A stretch of DNA of 60,064 bases, filler included, from Sphacelaria rigidula (taxonomy: Eukaryota): NCBI GenBank assembly GCA_964200075.2. It is 8 parts of 8 records of this genome, joined end to end, with 100 filler letters (N's around TTAATTAATTAA, not from the genome) between each part and the next. Parts side by side here need not be neighbours in the genome. Positions count along the whole stretch, not along the records: positions 1 to 7,421 come from CAXNAA020014999.1; positions 7,522 to 14,942 come from CAXNAA020015000.1; 6 more parts are not named here. The stretch is one strand, 5' to 3'. Positions 1 to 12,320 of the stretch are shown piece by piece. Positions within the stretch are counted from its first letter, which is position 1. Every line of letters starts with the position of its first letter. Below the pieces are notes generated by a model. It had not been told where the DNA came from, did not search any database, and saw nothing but the letters and a program-made list of their open reading frames with translations. A program made the position numbers and the translations under genes.

Positions 1-130
1 GTGACAGTTTAAGAGACAACCAACTAGACTAATGACCAGTCAGCGCTGACTTGTCATTAGTCTAGTTGGTAGTCTCTTAAACCGCGCTGACTTGTCATTA
101 GTCTAGTTGGTAGTCTCTTAAACCGTCACA
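1..130. repeat. Short palindrome (~43-bp arms) whose right arm is tandemly duplicated
   Basis: GTGACAGTTTAAGAGACAACCAACTAGACTAATGACCAGTCAGC is followed by its near reverse complement GCTGACTTGTCATTAGTCTAGTTGGTAGTCTCTTAAACCG, which occurs twice (about 45-84 and 86-125). Confidence 0.85.
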
Positions 131-890
131 GACCGTTCCAGAGCACCTTTGCGTTTTCTCTAGGTCACAGTTTCGTTCTTGAACACGGGATCTTACAAAT
201 TTGAGATGGATCTTTAATTGGGGATGAGAACCCGGAGGATTAAAATCTTCGTGTCGACACCAAGTCTTCGGAATATTATTCCATTTCTTGACCTACTGAT
301 AGCTATTGGCAACTGCTACACGCCGTAGAAATTTAGATTTCGAACACCGAAGTGGTGGGATCCTAGGTAAGAAACCAATTTTGAGGAATTCCGGGTGTCC
401 GAACGGACGCCAAACTGGTGCCGAAATTGTTTTTTCACCTAGGACCCTAACACTTCGGTGATTGAAATCCAAATTTCTATGGCGTGTAGCAGTTGTCAAT
501 AGCTATCATTAGGTGAAGAAATGGAACCATATTCCGAAGATTTGATGTGGATACGAAGATTTTAATCCTCCGGGTTTCTCATCCCCAATAAAAGATCCAT
601 CCCCGATTTGTAAGATCCTATGCTCTTGGCAAAAAATGCATGTTCAATAACAAACGATCAAGTTCTCGGAAAACAGGGGGAAAACTGCCATTTTTTTAAT
701 AACTCGATCGTTTGTTATTGAAAATGCATTTTTGGCCAAGAACGAAGCTGTGACCAAGAGAAAACGCAAAGGTACTCTGGAACAGTCTCAGCGAGTAGAT
801 CAAGTCAATCGAAGGTGTCCACATCCGCCTAGCCCTCTTATGGGGACAAAAACGACGGAGAAGGGCCAAAAAAGCACTTTTCAACAACTT
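131..890. mobile_element. Fold-back MITE, family A (partial; interrupted by another MITE)
   Basis: 131-180 is the reverse complement of about 737-787. 700-890 resembles the right arm of the fold-back element at 12718-13163. Confidence 0.65.
181..625. mobile_element. Fold-back MITE, family B, nested in family A
   Basis: ~200-bp imperfect inverted arms (GAACACGGGATCTTACAAAT ... ATTTGTAAGATCCTATGCTC) flanked by a duplicated TT. Arm fragments recur at 7522-7590 and 45236-45358. Confidence 0.8.
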
Positions 891-1707
891 TTACTTTTCG
901 ATACATAGGAAGCAGCCTTAGTTGGTGAATTTAAAGCGATACTCAAAATTTTTCTACAAATAAATGCTGAGCATACGTTGATGACAACCTGTTTGTCTTG
1001 AGCAGCTGTGGGTGTTGGGGTTGGCCCCTCCATATGACCTACGGGTCTTGATTACCCGCCAAACGGCGAAAGTTATGATTGGAAAGTCATGTCATGATAC
1101 AACGATACCTCTCCACCTGTGGCGTCGTCGCGTTAGAAACACAGGGCAGATTAGAGTGTTCGAGTGCTCAGGTGAGAAACTGTACACCTGCCTGCACTCT
1201 TCGTCACTCCTAAACATTCTGTGCTCCGGCTGCGTATCCCCAACGGATTAGGTCGAATCATACCACAGTACCTGTGGCGACACACTTGCCCAACACTACG
1301 GTATCCCACATCTGACCAGCGACTTCGCCATAGCCTGAAGTGCAGGTTGTCGAACTGTACGTTGTCGATGAAGATACCGTCCAGTGTGCAGTAAGGGTGA
1401 CATGGGGAGTCGCATGGAACCAAGTGGTGGGATAGATATATCTACTATATATTTGGTGGAAGACAACAACTCCCAGGCACTTCAAACTGGTTTCTGTTCT
1501 GAAATGCCAGGTGACTTCAGATCGCACAAGTACGCTACAAGTACTGGCAACCGGATTGGGCCATACACGTCTCAGAGGTACCTCATTCGTATCTTTAATG
1601 CACCAATCTGCTCTGCGGTGGTCAGACGGCAGCTTTTGGTTATGAACATAATGCTCAAATAATCACGAGTTATGGAGAACAAAGCAGCCTAGGTTTGTTC
1701 CCCCGCG

Positions 1708-2066
1708 CGTGTGTGTCTTGTCATCTCATCTCTTCTCGACGCCAGTCTACACCTTACGGTAGATGCGGGCGCACCAGCTGAGGTCACACAGGAGGAAGGC
1801 CAACTGAGGACTTTTTTGTTTCTTTGTTGTTAGTTCTGCACCTTCCTTCTGCGGCGCTTGCCTTATTTTTATCGCGAGAAGGGTTCAGCAATATCTTTCG
1901 CTCGCGGACCGTGAAGTTGAATATTTTGTACCCACGACATCGTCGCTCTTCACTGTTGGGCATGGTGTGAGAAAAATCCTAGATCGTGTGACGGCACCGA
2001 GATACGAACCTTCGACCCAAACGTCAGTAGGTGTCGAGGCTATCAACTGAGCCACCGGAGCGACCA
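1708..2066 (-). mobile_element. tRNA-derived SINE, family A
   Basis: Head with A-box TGGCTCAGTTGA and B-box-like GGTTCGTATCTC, body shared with other copies in the window, (CA)n tail. Confidence 0.75.
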
Positions 2067-3703
2067 CGCGTACTTGCACTAATTTCGCTCATTTTGTGTG
2101 CCGGCTTCTGGAGCAATAGTGGGACTTCGCTGCTCGAGTTCGTCTTCAATTTCCCACGGTTGAACCGTATTGACTCTGGTGAAGGACCAGAAGATTTGGA
2201 TATTCCGGGGGCTGACAGTCTAAGGTGCCTTCAGCATACCCAGCTCGCGTTTTACTCAAATGGATGCCGTTGAGATCCGCCGACGCACACTCCGCTTATG
2301 TAGACTCTGTATGCACCCTGCTTGCCCGAGGGTCCCCAGTATGCCTCGGGCTGCGGTTGGGGTTGGGGTTAGATATGGGGTTCGAAAGATGCAGAGTGTG
2401 TCGGGCCCGGAAAAATGACGACGACCTAGCGTGACTCACTCCATTTTTTTCAAGTGCAACATGCTTTCACAAGGTAAGTGAAGACGTGACACGAACCACC
2501 CGTACATGCGAACCACAGGGGTGAAATTTTCCCAAGATGACACCAAACGCTTTCAACAAGACGAGGGTGTGCATCTCAATAGCGTCGGAAACGTTGAAAT
2601 TATGCAACGAATGGTGGCGTGGCGTCGAAAAACAATACTAGGCCTCTCCGTTGATGCTTGACTTTACTGGTGGGCAAGAAAGGGGGCGGGGGGGGGGGGA
2701 TACAGCGACTGATGTGCACCCCTTGAGTGCTTAGCGGTATAGTAGCCCAATTCCCAGTGTCTCATGGCACAATGTTCGCTGGAATCCCCGCCCTCCTCTC
2801 CCCCCTACTTGCTAAAACCCGGAGTGCTCCGTCCCGGCCTTGCAGGGATGCGAGGTCAATGAACTAATAACTACGGCATGAAAGGTCATGAGTACACCGC
2901 CTGCCGCTATTCAGTACCTCCAAGCCATCCCTCCAAAGCTGATAGGGACGGTGTCATCAGACGAGTTTAGAGTGTTGTGCTCACGTTGAGCGTTTGGGTA
3001 TTCTCCAGTATCTCACCGCACGTCTTTCGCTGAAAAGGACCGGAATCATGGGTGTGGGCCTTTTCATGTAGTGCCGACAATCTAAATCCCTTCCGATCAA
3101 GCTTAATCATGTCAGTCATGTAAGGCCTCCCCACACATTCAAACTGTGCCATTACCCGCAAGACGTCTTCCCGGAGTATCTCTGACGGTACCTGTCTGTA
3201 TCTTCGTCTGCCCTGTGCGTTGTGATCCACAGACAGCACCATTAATACCACGTCGTGCCCAAATTAACACGGAGCATAGGCTCTACCCCCAGACTGTCTG
3301 CGCCGACCATAAACAAGCCCGGCGCGTGCGGGTGAACCGACTGGTTGCTGCTGCACCGCAGCTTGGTTCACCGTACAGCAGCTGCTGTCGGGGGGCTGCT
3401 GGTGCTACGGTAGCCGCAGCACAGCTAGATAGATCGTGCCGAAGGATTACCATTTCTCCAATACCACTGCAATGCTGCAGAACAAAGTTCGTTGGGGCAT
3501 TGTGGCTATTCGCACGCAAGTGTACCAAGTGCGATGGCTCCCCTTTATTGCGTTGATTATGTTTTCCTTCCCGTCGACCCCAGCTTCCCTTCAGTACAAC
3601 CGCTCTTAGAGTAGGACCTCAAATTTCAACATTTGTGCGTTCAGGGGCGACTCTGATCGGTGATCTTGACGATCCTTTTCGCGACCAGGGGTCTTTCTAA
3701 ACC

Positions 3704-4098
3704 GGGCGTCCCTGTGGCTCAGTTGGCAACGTCGGAACCATCAGACGGTTAGGACGTGGGTTCGAATCTCGGTGGAGCCACACGATCTGGAAGTTTTTCT
3801 CAGATCATGCCCAACAGTGGAGAGCGACGATGCCGTGAGTACACAAAGTTTGGCTTCACGGCTAACGAGGGAAAGAGACCGCTGAACCCTTTTCACCATG
3901 AAAAGTAAGGCAAGCACCGCAGGAGGAAGGTAAAGTGCTCAAAGAAATGAAAAGGAAAGTCCCTGTGTCGAGCATCTTCCTGTGTTACCCCGTTTGGTAC
4001 GTCCACATATACCGAAAGTTGTAGACTAGAGTCCAGAATGGATGGAATGCCAACACACACACACACACACACACATACACACACACACACACACACAC
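3704..4098 (+). mobile_element. tRNA-derived SINE, family A, full length with (CA)n tail
   Basis: A-box TGGCTCAGTTGG, B-box GGTTCGAATCTC, conserved body, long (CA)n at about 4052-4098. Confidence 0.8.
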
Positions 4099-4635
4099 CG
4101 TTCCCACAAATGAAGAAGAACATAAACTTGTCGAAAAACGTTTCCGGCAAGCAAAAAGTGCTTTCATTGTCTAAATTGATATGCTTTCCCCGTTCGTTGT
4201 ACATGTACGAGGAGGTGTACAGGCAGTACGGTGCACCCTCTGTTACCACCACTGCCTGAATGTAGCTGGCGTCACTATTTCAGTGGGTAGCAAGCAACTA
4301 ATAAACTCGCACTAAAACCCAACACCCACTCTCGTGAATGCCACGACTTAGTGTATCCCACGTTTTGTTGGAAAGTCGTCGGTCTGCGCGAGTGCGCCCC
4401 GTGGTGTTCCTGGTTGCAAAGTTAGTACCGGTATTGTTTTTTCAGTGATACTGTATTTAAGAATCCCGCACAAAGTGCTGCAGGAGCAATGTAGCCTTGA
4501 TGCGCCCAGAACCATTGCCTCTTCGCTGCCCCCAGAGCTGGGACACCAGCAGAAGCCAAATTTCGGTTCACGATGGGCCGACTAATCATTACTTGAATGT
4601 GTGTGTTATCCCATCAATTCTGGAGGCCAGATAGC

Positions 4636-4815
4636 TGGTCGCCCCGGTGGCTCAGTTGGTGACCTCGACACCTTCTGACGGTTGGGTCGTGGGTTTGAAT
4701 CTCGGTGCAGTCACACGATCTGGGATTTGTCCTTACACCATGCCCAGCAGTGGAGAGCGACTATATGGTGGGTACACAAAAATTCGAATTCACGGTCAAC
4801 GAGGAAAAGGGACTG
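4636..4815 (+). mobile_element. tRNA-derived SINE, family A, 3'-truncated
   Basis: GGTCGCCCCGGTGGCTCAGTTGG ... GGTTTGAATCTCGG head; similarity stops next to the TIR element that starts at 4830. Confidence 0.75.
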
Positions 4816-4829
4816 CGAGAGGACGTGAG

Positions 4830-5916
4830 GGCGCGACCTATTTGCAGGTGGGGTATGCAAAGAAGAGCGTACAGGTCGCGAACGCCTCCAGAACCAAATC
4901 CACGACAAACCCAATCTCAAATCGAAATACTGCACACAAGTAACAACTGTCAGTCGCACTCCACAGCAGTCCACAGCAGGGCAGTAAAGAAAGGATCTTG
5001 CCGTAGGGCAGGAGACCACATATGTCGGCAGCGATGAGCTCTCGGCACGATATTGAAGAGCCAACAGTCGTCTTGTGTTCTTGGCCAGTCACGCGCCGCG
5101 CATGCTCGATTTTATGGATGCTCTGACGACACGGACTGTGTACAGTATCCACCAGCTGCTTGCTCTCGAGAATATTGCCATATCATCCCGTTGTACTGCT
5201 GTTGTACGAGACACCACGCTGTCTGTACACTGACTGTGTCTGTGTACTGTGCAGCCTATCCAGGTGGCAGCACGAGTACCGGGAGTGTTCCTGTATCGTA
5301 CCACTTGTCAACTGTACAGAGCACTACAAGCCCTGTACAGTAGTACTACTGTACTACTGTGCTACTGTTGTCTGTTCTCCTACAGAGTGTACAATCCGCT
5401 CGGCAGACAGCAGACAAAGGTACTTGTAGTACAATGATTGTGTGATTTCACAAGTTTATCCCCTCCTTGCGTTATCTGCCCGGATACACACTATTTTCCC
5501 GCGTATAGGCTGCGGTGGGTGTGAACGGTTGTCATTACGTAATCGCACACACACATGACACGATTATATTTCAACACTCAGCTGATGTCCTGTTGTCCAT
5601 GACGCCGCAGCAACTATATACATTTTCTTTGGTCTTTGAGAAATTGCCTTACATGAGTGCTCCAAGGAAAATGATTCATTCTACGATTCCTGGTGGTATC
5701 GAGCAGAGAACTCATCGCCGCTCACGTTTGTGGTATCCTGCCCTGCATCAAAAGAAATATGTTCGTTGTTACAGCTCTGCTGTGAGCTGCTGCGGATTTC
5801 GGCTGTTGTTTCGTGTGCTCAACATTTGAAATTGGATTCCTTGTGAATTTGGTCCTGGAGGCGTTCGCGACATGTGCGCTCTTATTTGCATACCCCACCT
5901 GTAAATAGGTCGCGCC
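4830..5916. mobile_element. Non-autonomous DNA transposon with ~150-bp TIRs
   Basis: GGCGCGACCTATTTGCAGGTGGGGTATGCAAA... at 4830 is mirrored by ...TTTGCATACCCCACCTGTAAATAGGTCGCGCC ending at 5916. The interior is CTGTAC-rich. No TSD is discernible. Confidence 0.7.
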
Positions 5917-5934
5917 AAACATACGACATACATC

Positions 5935-6407
5935 GCAGAAGGAAGGTGGAGAATTAAAACAAATAAAATAAAGAAAAAATTCTGTGTTGGCCTTCCTCCT
6001 GTGTGACCTCGGCTGAATCGCCCACATATATTGAAGGGTGTAGACTGGCGTCCAGAACAGATGGGATGGCAACGCACACACACACAGTCTGCACCCTTTC
6101 GGTATATGTGGGCATGAGCCAGGGTCACACAGGAAGAAGGCCAACACAGGACGTTTTTGTTTTTTCTTTATTTAATTTCTCAACTTTCCTTCTGCAGTGT
6201 TGGCTTATTTTTTATCGCGACAAGGGTTCAGCGACCCCTTCCTCTCGCCGACCGTGAAATCGAATTTTGTGTACCCACGACATAGTCGCTCTGCACTGTT
6301 GCGCATGGTGTGAGAAAAAATCCCAGATCGTGTGACTGCACCGAAATTTGGACCCACCAACCGTCAGAAGGATTCGAGGTTACCAACGGAGCCACCGGGG
6401 CGACTGG
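5935..6407 (-). mobile_element. tRNA-derived SINE, family A, with a duplicated 3' segment
   Basis: Head near 6407 (minus strand GTCGCCCCGGTGGCTCCGTTGG) plus a second, oppositely oriented copy of the tail segment at about 5935-6085. Confidence 0.7.
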
Positions 6408-6719
6408 CCTTGAATACAGAGTGATTATTCCAAGCTTCATGTAGTAGAGACGACGACGTGGTTTTAGACTACGAAGGCCTAATTACGTGGATATAGTATG
6501 CTGGCACATCCACCACTCGACTTTAGTACGGGGTCAATTATAACTTGTATCAAGTTTTTTTTTCAAATTCATTTGTTGGTCGCACTTTGAGCCCCTTTCC
6601 TCCCTCGGGATGAGTCCGTGGCTTCAAGGGATCACCCCACCTCTCCCCCGGCACACGCCTTGTATTTTGGTCTCGCCGGCTAGGTCAGCACTCCCGCACC
6701 CGTGTCAACTCACGTCAAA

Positions 6720-6875
6720 TAAACTCAGTCGACTACGTTGTTTACTCACGTTCTCACGTTTTCCACGGTGGGAATCAGACATGACGAAAAGAACCCCAAT
6801 GCATCGGGAATCGAGCCCTCGTTCTCTCCACCCTAATGGCGACAGTCGGACCATTACACCACCAAGTATGGCCAA
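6720..6875 (-). mobile_element. tRNA-derived SINE, family B
   Basis: Minus-strand A-box TGGTGTAATGG and B-box GGCTCGATTCC; shares CATTAGGGTGGA and the downstream CTGATTCCC...CGTGAGTA with 15360-15525. Confidence 0.55.
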
Positions 6876-7863
6876 TAGTATTTGTTGAGTACGTTGTCAT
6901 CACTCAAACCACGAAATGGCGACACATTCACGCTGGATAATAGCCATACTCTTAGCACAAAATTCGCTGGAGCGTCCCCCCCTCCGTCGCTCTTCCTCTG
7001 GAACCATGAAGTGTCAGCTTTGGGGGATATGGTTTCTCTCTCGACTTCTCGGGCACCCTGGGCACCAGCATGAAATCTGTGTCTGACCCCGTAAATCATA
7101 ATGATGAATCGGAGGGACCCTTCCTTGAAACTAGTTATTGGGGTGTAAATCATTGTCGCTGTGAAGTCATAGTATCTCGAAAAATGGCTATCCTGCTGCA
7201 TAGGTACAGGTTAACCCATATGCAACGACAATTTGAACCCTCAAACCGTGGAAGGTGATCACATTGCCTCGCACCCACCGGCCACAGGCACCCCGAAACA
7301 GGAATATCGCCATCGGTACCGAGGATGAAGCCGTGGTACACTAGGGGTGGGGGCGTACTTATTTGTTGCTTGCCTGCGTCGTTTTACCATTGACCACGCA
7401 TCCCTTTCGAGACGGAGCACCNNNNNNNNNNNNNNNNNNNNNNNNNNNNNNNNNNNNNNNNNNNNTTAATTAATTAANNNNNNNNNNNNNNNNNNNNNNN
7501 NNNNNNNNNNNNNNNNNNNNNTTTTAATCCTCCGGGTTCTCATCCTCAATGAAAAGCACCATCCTCAACATAGATGATCGGCTGTTTCAAAAGCTTGGGC
7601 CCATATTTTCTCGTTGATTAAAACCCATGTCTAGTAATTCCTATACCTAACGGAGATAGCGTCCACACTGAAATCTATATGAAACCCCCGATCGATGCAT
7701 TCAGCGGATGACAATGAATTTTGGTGCGGACACTCCCTGGAGCACGGGGAGACGATAGACACCCTCACCTTCACCTAATTCGTAATCTATCTCGAGATGT
7801 GGCGCACATAAGTTTTTATACTAAAATCGGTATATTGCGAGCAGATGCTCTAGATTAACTTAA

Positions 7864-7961
7864 CCCTTAGACCGCGAGGTTAGTCTTCTGTTGAATCGGC
7901 ATCAATTTCAAGTGATTAAAAGTATGCATGATCCAGAAAGACTAATCTCGCGGTCTAAGGG
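7864..7961. mobile_element. piggyBac-type MITE (98 bp)
   Basis: TTAA|CCCTTAGACCGCGAGGTTAGTCTT ... AAGACTAATCTCGCGGTCTAAGGG|TAAA. CCCT/AGGG termini at a TTAA site are typical of piggyBac. Confidence 0.7.
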
Positions 7962-8905
7962 TAAACCTGGATATCGCGTCTCAGTTTTTGAGAGTTATGC
8001 TATGAAATTTCGTACTGCCTCTGTTCGGAAATGTAGGTTCTCTCAGAGAAAAAGAGGCATAACTTTGGCCCAAATGCGATTTTTTTGGTGTTTTCTTTTC
8101 TTGTCTTCGTGACGACCTGAAGAACACCCCAAAACCGAGGTCTTTGGTCAGTCCACAGAACAACACCACCGATACCCTCGGTGACCACAGAGTCCCTGGC
8201 CGAAGAGAGGGAAAACGACCGGTTGGAGGCCTTCCCCCTGATTTTTTTTCAATCGCCTTATTCAGCGGAATTCGTGCCGATCCGGCGGAGCTCGTAGAAC
8301 CGCTTTTTTTGTGGTCCGACCAAATAACAGCACACGAGCAACGCCGGCAACCAGCTCATTCTGGGGGGGTGTTATCTTGGGTGGGGGTGTTCTTTTTCCG
8401 GGGGCAATATCACGTCATCCCCTGCTTTTTTCTTTGCACATGATACAAATGATATGAGGAACACGTACCGGTGGTTGCCTGATCAAGAACCGCGTTATTC
8501 GCATAACTCCCTGAAGCGAGCTGATATTCCCGATATTTCCGAGAGAGCCTATATTTCCGGACAGAGGAAGTATGAAGAACCGCTAGTGCATAATAAAGCT
8601 TATAAACACAGCTTTTCCATTTTTTTCGTTTTTTTCATTTTATTCAGGTTTTTGGGGCAGTTTTGAGGAGAAACGAAAACTACTTTTGGGCCTTATCTCA
8701 TGTTTTTAGCTCAATTTTTAGAATTGTAACTTTAAACTCAGGAAAAAAACCCACAAAGGTATGCTGAAAAAAAAAAAATGGGCCCTCATTTTTTCTATTT
8801 TGGGAGAGGTTCGGGCGTTCTCGAAAAAAATGGCGGTTTCCATACTGAAACGCCCTGAACCAGTGAAAAAAAATCAACCTGACCAACAGTCGTATGCGAT
8901 AAGAA

Positions 8906-8988
8906 GACCGACGAAGGGATTTGAACCCTTACTCTCTGCGAAACGCGAGCTAGACGCAGAGTGCTCTTTCCAGTTAAGCTACGTCGGT
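8906..8988 (-). tRNA. tRNA-like gene with an atypical anticodon arm (possibly an intron-containing tRNA-Arg(TCT)-like gene or pseudogene)
   Basis: Minus strand reads ACCGACG TA GCTT AACTGGAAA GAGC A CTCTG CGTCTAGCTCGCGTTTCG CAGAG AGT AAGGG TTCAAAT CCCTT CGTCGGT C. Acceptor, anticodon and T stems are perfect and the D stem has one GU pair. A T8 terminator follows on the minus strand (A8 at 8866-8873). Confidence 0.55.
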
Positions 8989-8993
8989 AGCGT

Positions 8994-10143
8994 TGAGTGG
9001 ACAGGACAGGGCTCGAGTGAGCTTGACAGACAGAGTGGAGGTGAAGAGAAGAAGTTGTTGTGAGCTGAGGTGGGGATGATCTGCGATCTCTCCATGCAGC
9101 TCACCTCAGACAACAGGACATGGATCAAAGGACCATGTACCGACAGATATTGGCCTAGAGTTCAGTTCAACGTGTAGATCACCTTGGGTTTGGTGTGTAC
9201 GACGTTCTGTGACTCTTGGGCATATTCGGTCTGATATTGTCCCGATATTCCGAGACAAACAGACCATCCTCCGAAGATCTAGCGGACGTCTGAGGAACCT
9301 TCCTCAGTGCTAGAACGTTCCCATGAGTAGAACCAATAAAAGGTTATTGGACAGAACCATATGGTATGTTGGGTTCTCATAAGTGTGATTCGCGTTACCC
9401 CCCTAGTTGTGACGGTGTTAGAGCTCTCACTCCGTCAGAAACTAATGGATTATAGAATCTCAGATGATGAGATAATTGAACATTTCTTGATAGATATATA
9501 AATACGTTTAAAGTGTTCACTTTTACACTTAAGCGTAATATTCACAGGATGACAAAGGCATTTATGCAAACAAATATTCGAATACATAAGTACCGGACAG
9601 ACATTTGTACTTATTTTGAATTTGCAAAATAGTACTTCAGGATCAATAAACTTGAAGTGATTTGACAGACAGACTTAATTTCTTCGCAGTTAACACGATT
9701 TTGGAATATCACTCAGTCTATATCGATCAGTGGTCGAGACTCAATTGTAGACTGAATATATCTAGACAGTATGTGTAAAACTGCGACCTGCAGGGTCGAA
9801 ATTTTCGTCTTCTGGACAAAATAAAATGAAATGCGCATAAAAATATGAACAAAAAACTGTTCATTTTTGATCCTGTAGTGCGTTGTTAGTGAGCAACGAG
9901 ATAACATTGTGGCCAGACAATTATGTTATCTATATGGCACTGTTAACCACTGAATAATAACTTTATTCGGTGTGGATAATCATGGCTGACAGATTCAGTG
10001 CATTGTTGTGTGCTGTTTGCACATACAATGGGACAAAATACATGGGTAAAAACGTGTAATATTGACATGTATTTTGCGAGAAAAAATATGAAAATAAATT
10101 CTCGAAAAACATAATGTTACCACTTGATGTCGATTGAAATTCA
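8994..10143 (-). mobile_element. Putative 3' LTR of the gypsy element
   Basis: Minus-strand polypurine tract AAGGGGGGGTAGA (10157-10145) directly precedes TGA; a candidate TCA end lies at 8994. No 5' LTR is present to confirm the boundaries. Confidence 0.4.
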
Positions 10144-10546
10144 ATCTACCCCCCCTTACACCTTGAGGTGAATCAACATCCTTCTTGTAGACCGTGCTAG
10201 GGTCTTGCGTATATAAAAATATACGGAATGTTGGGTGGTGAATATGTGGTACATAGTATGTTGGACAGGGCCCGTTATACCAATGTCAGTGTTTGAAAAT
10301 ACTGAAAGACAATTTTATTGCGCAGATAAAATCTGGCAAAACCTCAATGAGGGCGTGGTACTTCGCACTTGACAAGCCATGTAGTAATAATTATCCATGG
10401 GATAATAAGGGAGAAAAAAACGTATGTCAATTTTTTCCAGACAATTGATGGCGCATGCTGTAATGGGCGAGCATCAGTTGTTGCTGAGCTGATGTGGCAT
10501 GTATGTTGTAGTGCACTAATAAGCCCAACATTTAACTGTAGAATTT

Positions 10547-12320
10547 CTACTGTTTTATCTTTCGAGGGGGATTAAATGCTGCTGGATCCTTGGACAAAAT
10601 CGCAGCGCGATATGATTTTATCATATCGTGACATTGTGGAATGGTACGATAATGTCGCCATACTCCACGTTGAGGAGGCCAATCCTTGATTTTGAGATGA
10701 TACTGGAAATTCTCTTGTGAACCGGCTCCAACCCCCCGCTTATGACCATCAATATACTCTACCGTATATGGTCCTAACATGACCTTGTGCACTGAACCAT
10801 CAAGGTCTGGGACTGGAAGAGTTGTTCCTAAGAATATGTCGTCGAGCGCTTCAAGGTCGGGGACAGGTGACGATATAGGATCGTTGTATTTTTTCATGCG
10901 ACCAAGGTGAACAGTTATTTCCGCCGGATCATTTGGTTTACTGACTCGGTAGGTGACTGGTGACAGTTGCGTTCGGACTACGTGCGGACCATGCCATGGG
11001 CTGTAAAGCTTAGGATTGGGACCGTCAGACTCGTGATATGGGCGATGTATCAAAACATTATCGCCTTGTTTGAAACTGGGAAACGATAGTTTTTCAGTTG
11101 CAACCGCTTGTTTATCTGCGGATTCTTTGAGATTGCGCCGGGCTAGCTCGTATGCTAGTTGTAAATTGTTGACAGTTTGACGAGAGTGATCAAGTCGTGT
11201 TTGCGATGCAGATGTGGCTGCAACGCCAAGGATTAGATCCACTGGGAGTACAGCTGCTCTCCCGAACATTAAATAATGAGGTGTTCCCTCGAGTGTTGAT
11301 GAATATGCTGTGTTGTGTGCCAGTTGGACAAAAGGTACTAATTCAGCCCAGTTATCGCAGGCTAAATTGCTATACATGGCTAGCATATTATGGACAGCGC
11401 TGCGCACTCGTTCCAGGACAGAATTGCCTTGTGGACGATATGCGGCTGTGCGTGTTTTCTTATATCCAAAAACAGTGTGTAACTCTGCTCCTTGATCAGA
11501 ATGAAGAGTTTCGGGTGGTCCAAACACTGAGATAACATGGTCAACAAGTTTTCGAACAACTGTAGTAGCCTCTTTGTTAATGGCAATTGATATAACAAAT
11601 CTCGTAAGATGATCGATCACTCACAGTATGTATCGGTTGCCTTCTGATAGAGATTTGTATCCGACAAGGTCTACTGCAACACATTGAAATGTGCGTTCGA
11701 CTGGACGATGTCCCACAGGGAAGGTGGGTGGACGATGATAAGTTTTACGGTGTTGACATGATACACAACTGTTGACATGTTGTTGTACATCAGTATGGAG
11801 TGTAGGCCACCAAGATCGATCACGCACTTTGTCGAATGTAGCTTTGAAAGCTACATGACCACCGGAAGATGGTAAGTCATGACACGCGTTAATTATTAGT
11901 TTCCGTAATGATTCGGGTACTACTAATTGATCGCGAAAATCACCGCGGCGGCGTAAGTGACCAGGGCGGTAAAAACGATACAATAAATCGTCGTGGACAA
12001 AGAATTTGCTCATACTCGATTTCGATTGTTGAGCTGGGACAGGAGGAGCTGAGCTAGGCTCGAGAAGATATTCAAAAATATTGGTTAAATTCATCTTTCT
12101 GTTGTTCGAGTAACTTCACTGAATCAACAGCAGGAAAAACCGATACTGCACTCGAGAATAATTCACGGTCGCTTTCCACGGGTACTATATCGTTTAAGTT
12201 ACAGGCGGATACTTCGTATTCTCTAGGTGCAGGCGGATGAAATGGTTTATTGTCTGGTACATTTCGACAGATTGCTGCTAACCTAGGTTCAGAAGGTATT
12301 TCTTCGCCGTGCACTTCTGT
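10547..12320 (-). pseudogene. Ty3/gypsy integrase with chromodomain-like C-terminus (degenerate pol 3' part)
   Basis: HHCC zinc motif (CHDLPSSGGH...CVSCQ), catalytic core (VAVDLVG; HSDQGAE; YRPQGNSVLER), GPY/F motif (KLYSPWHGPH) and chromodomain-like tail (YTVEYIDGHK...YHLKIKDWP...W). Defects: in-frame stop at 11621-11623, frameshift near 12090, deletion after SDQGAE. Confidence 0.9.

Noticed and set aside
1000-3530. Possible minus-strand exons (e.g. VPSEILREDVLRVM... at about 3191-3017; GYGEVAGQMWDT... at about 1333-1273)
   Set aside because: Splice-like borders exist, but no consistent multi-exon frame or recognisable motif could be built.
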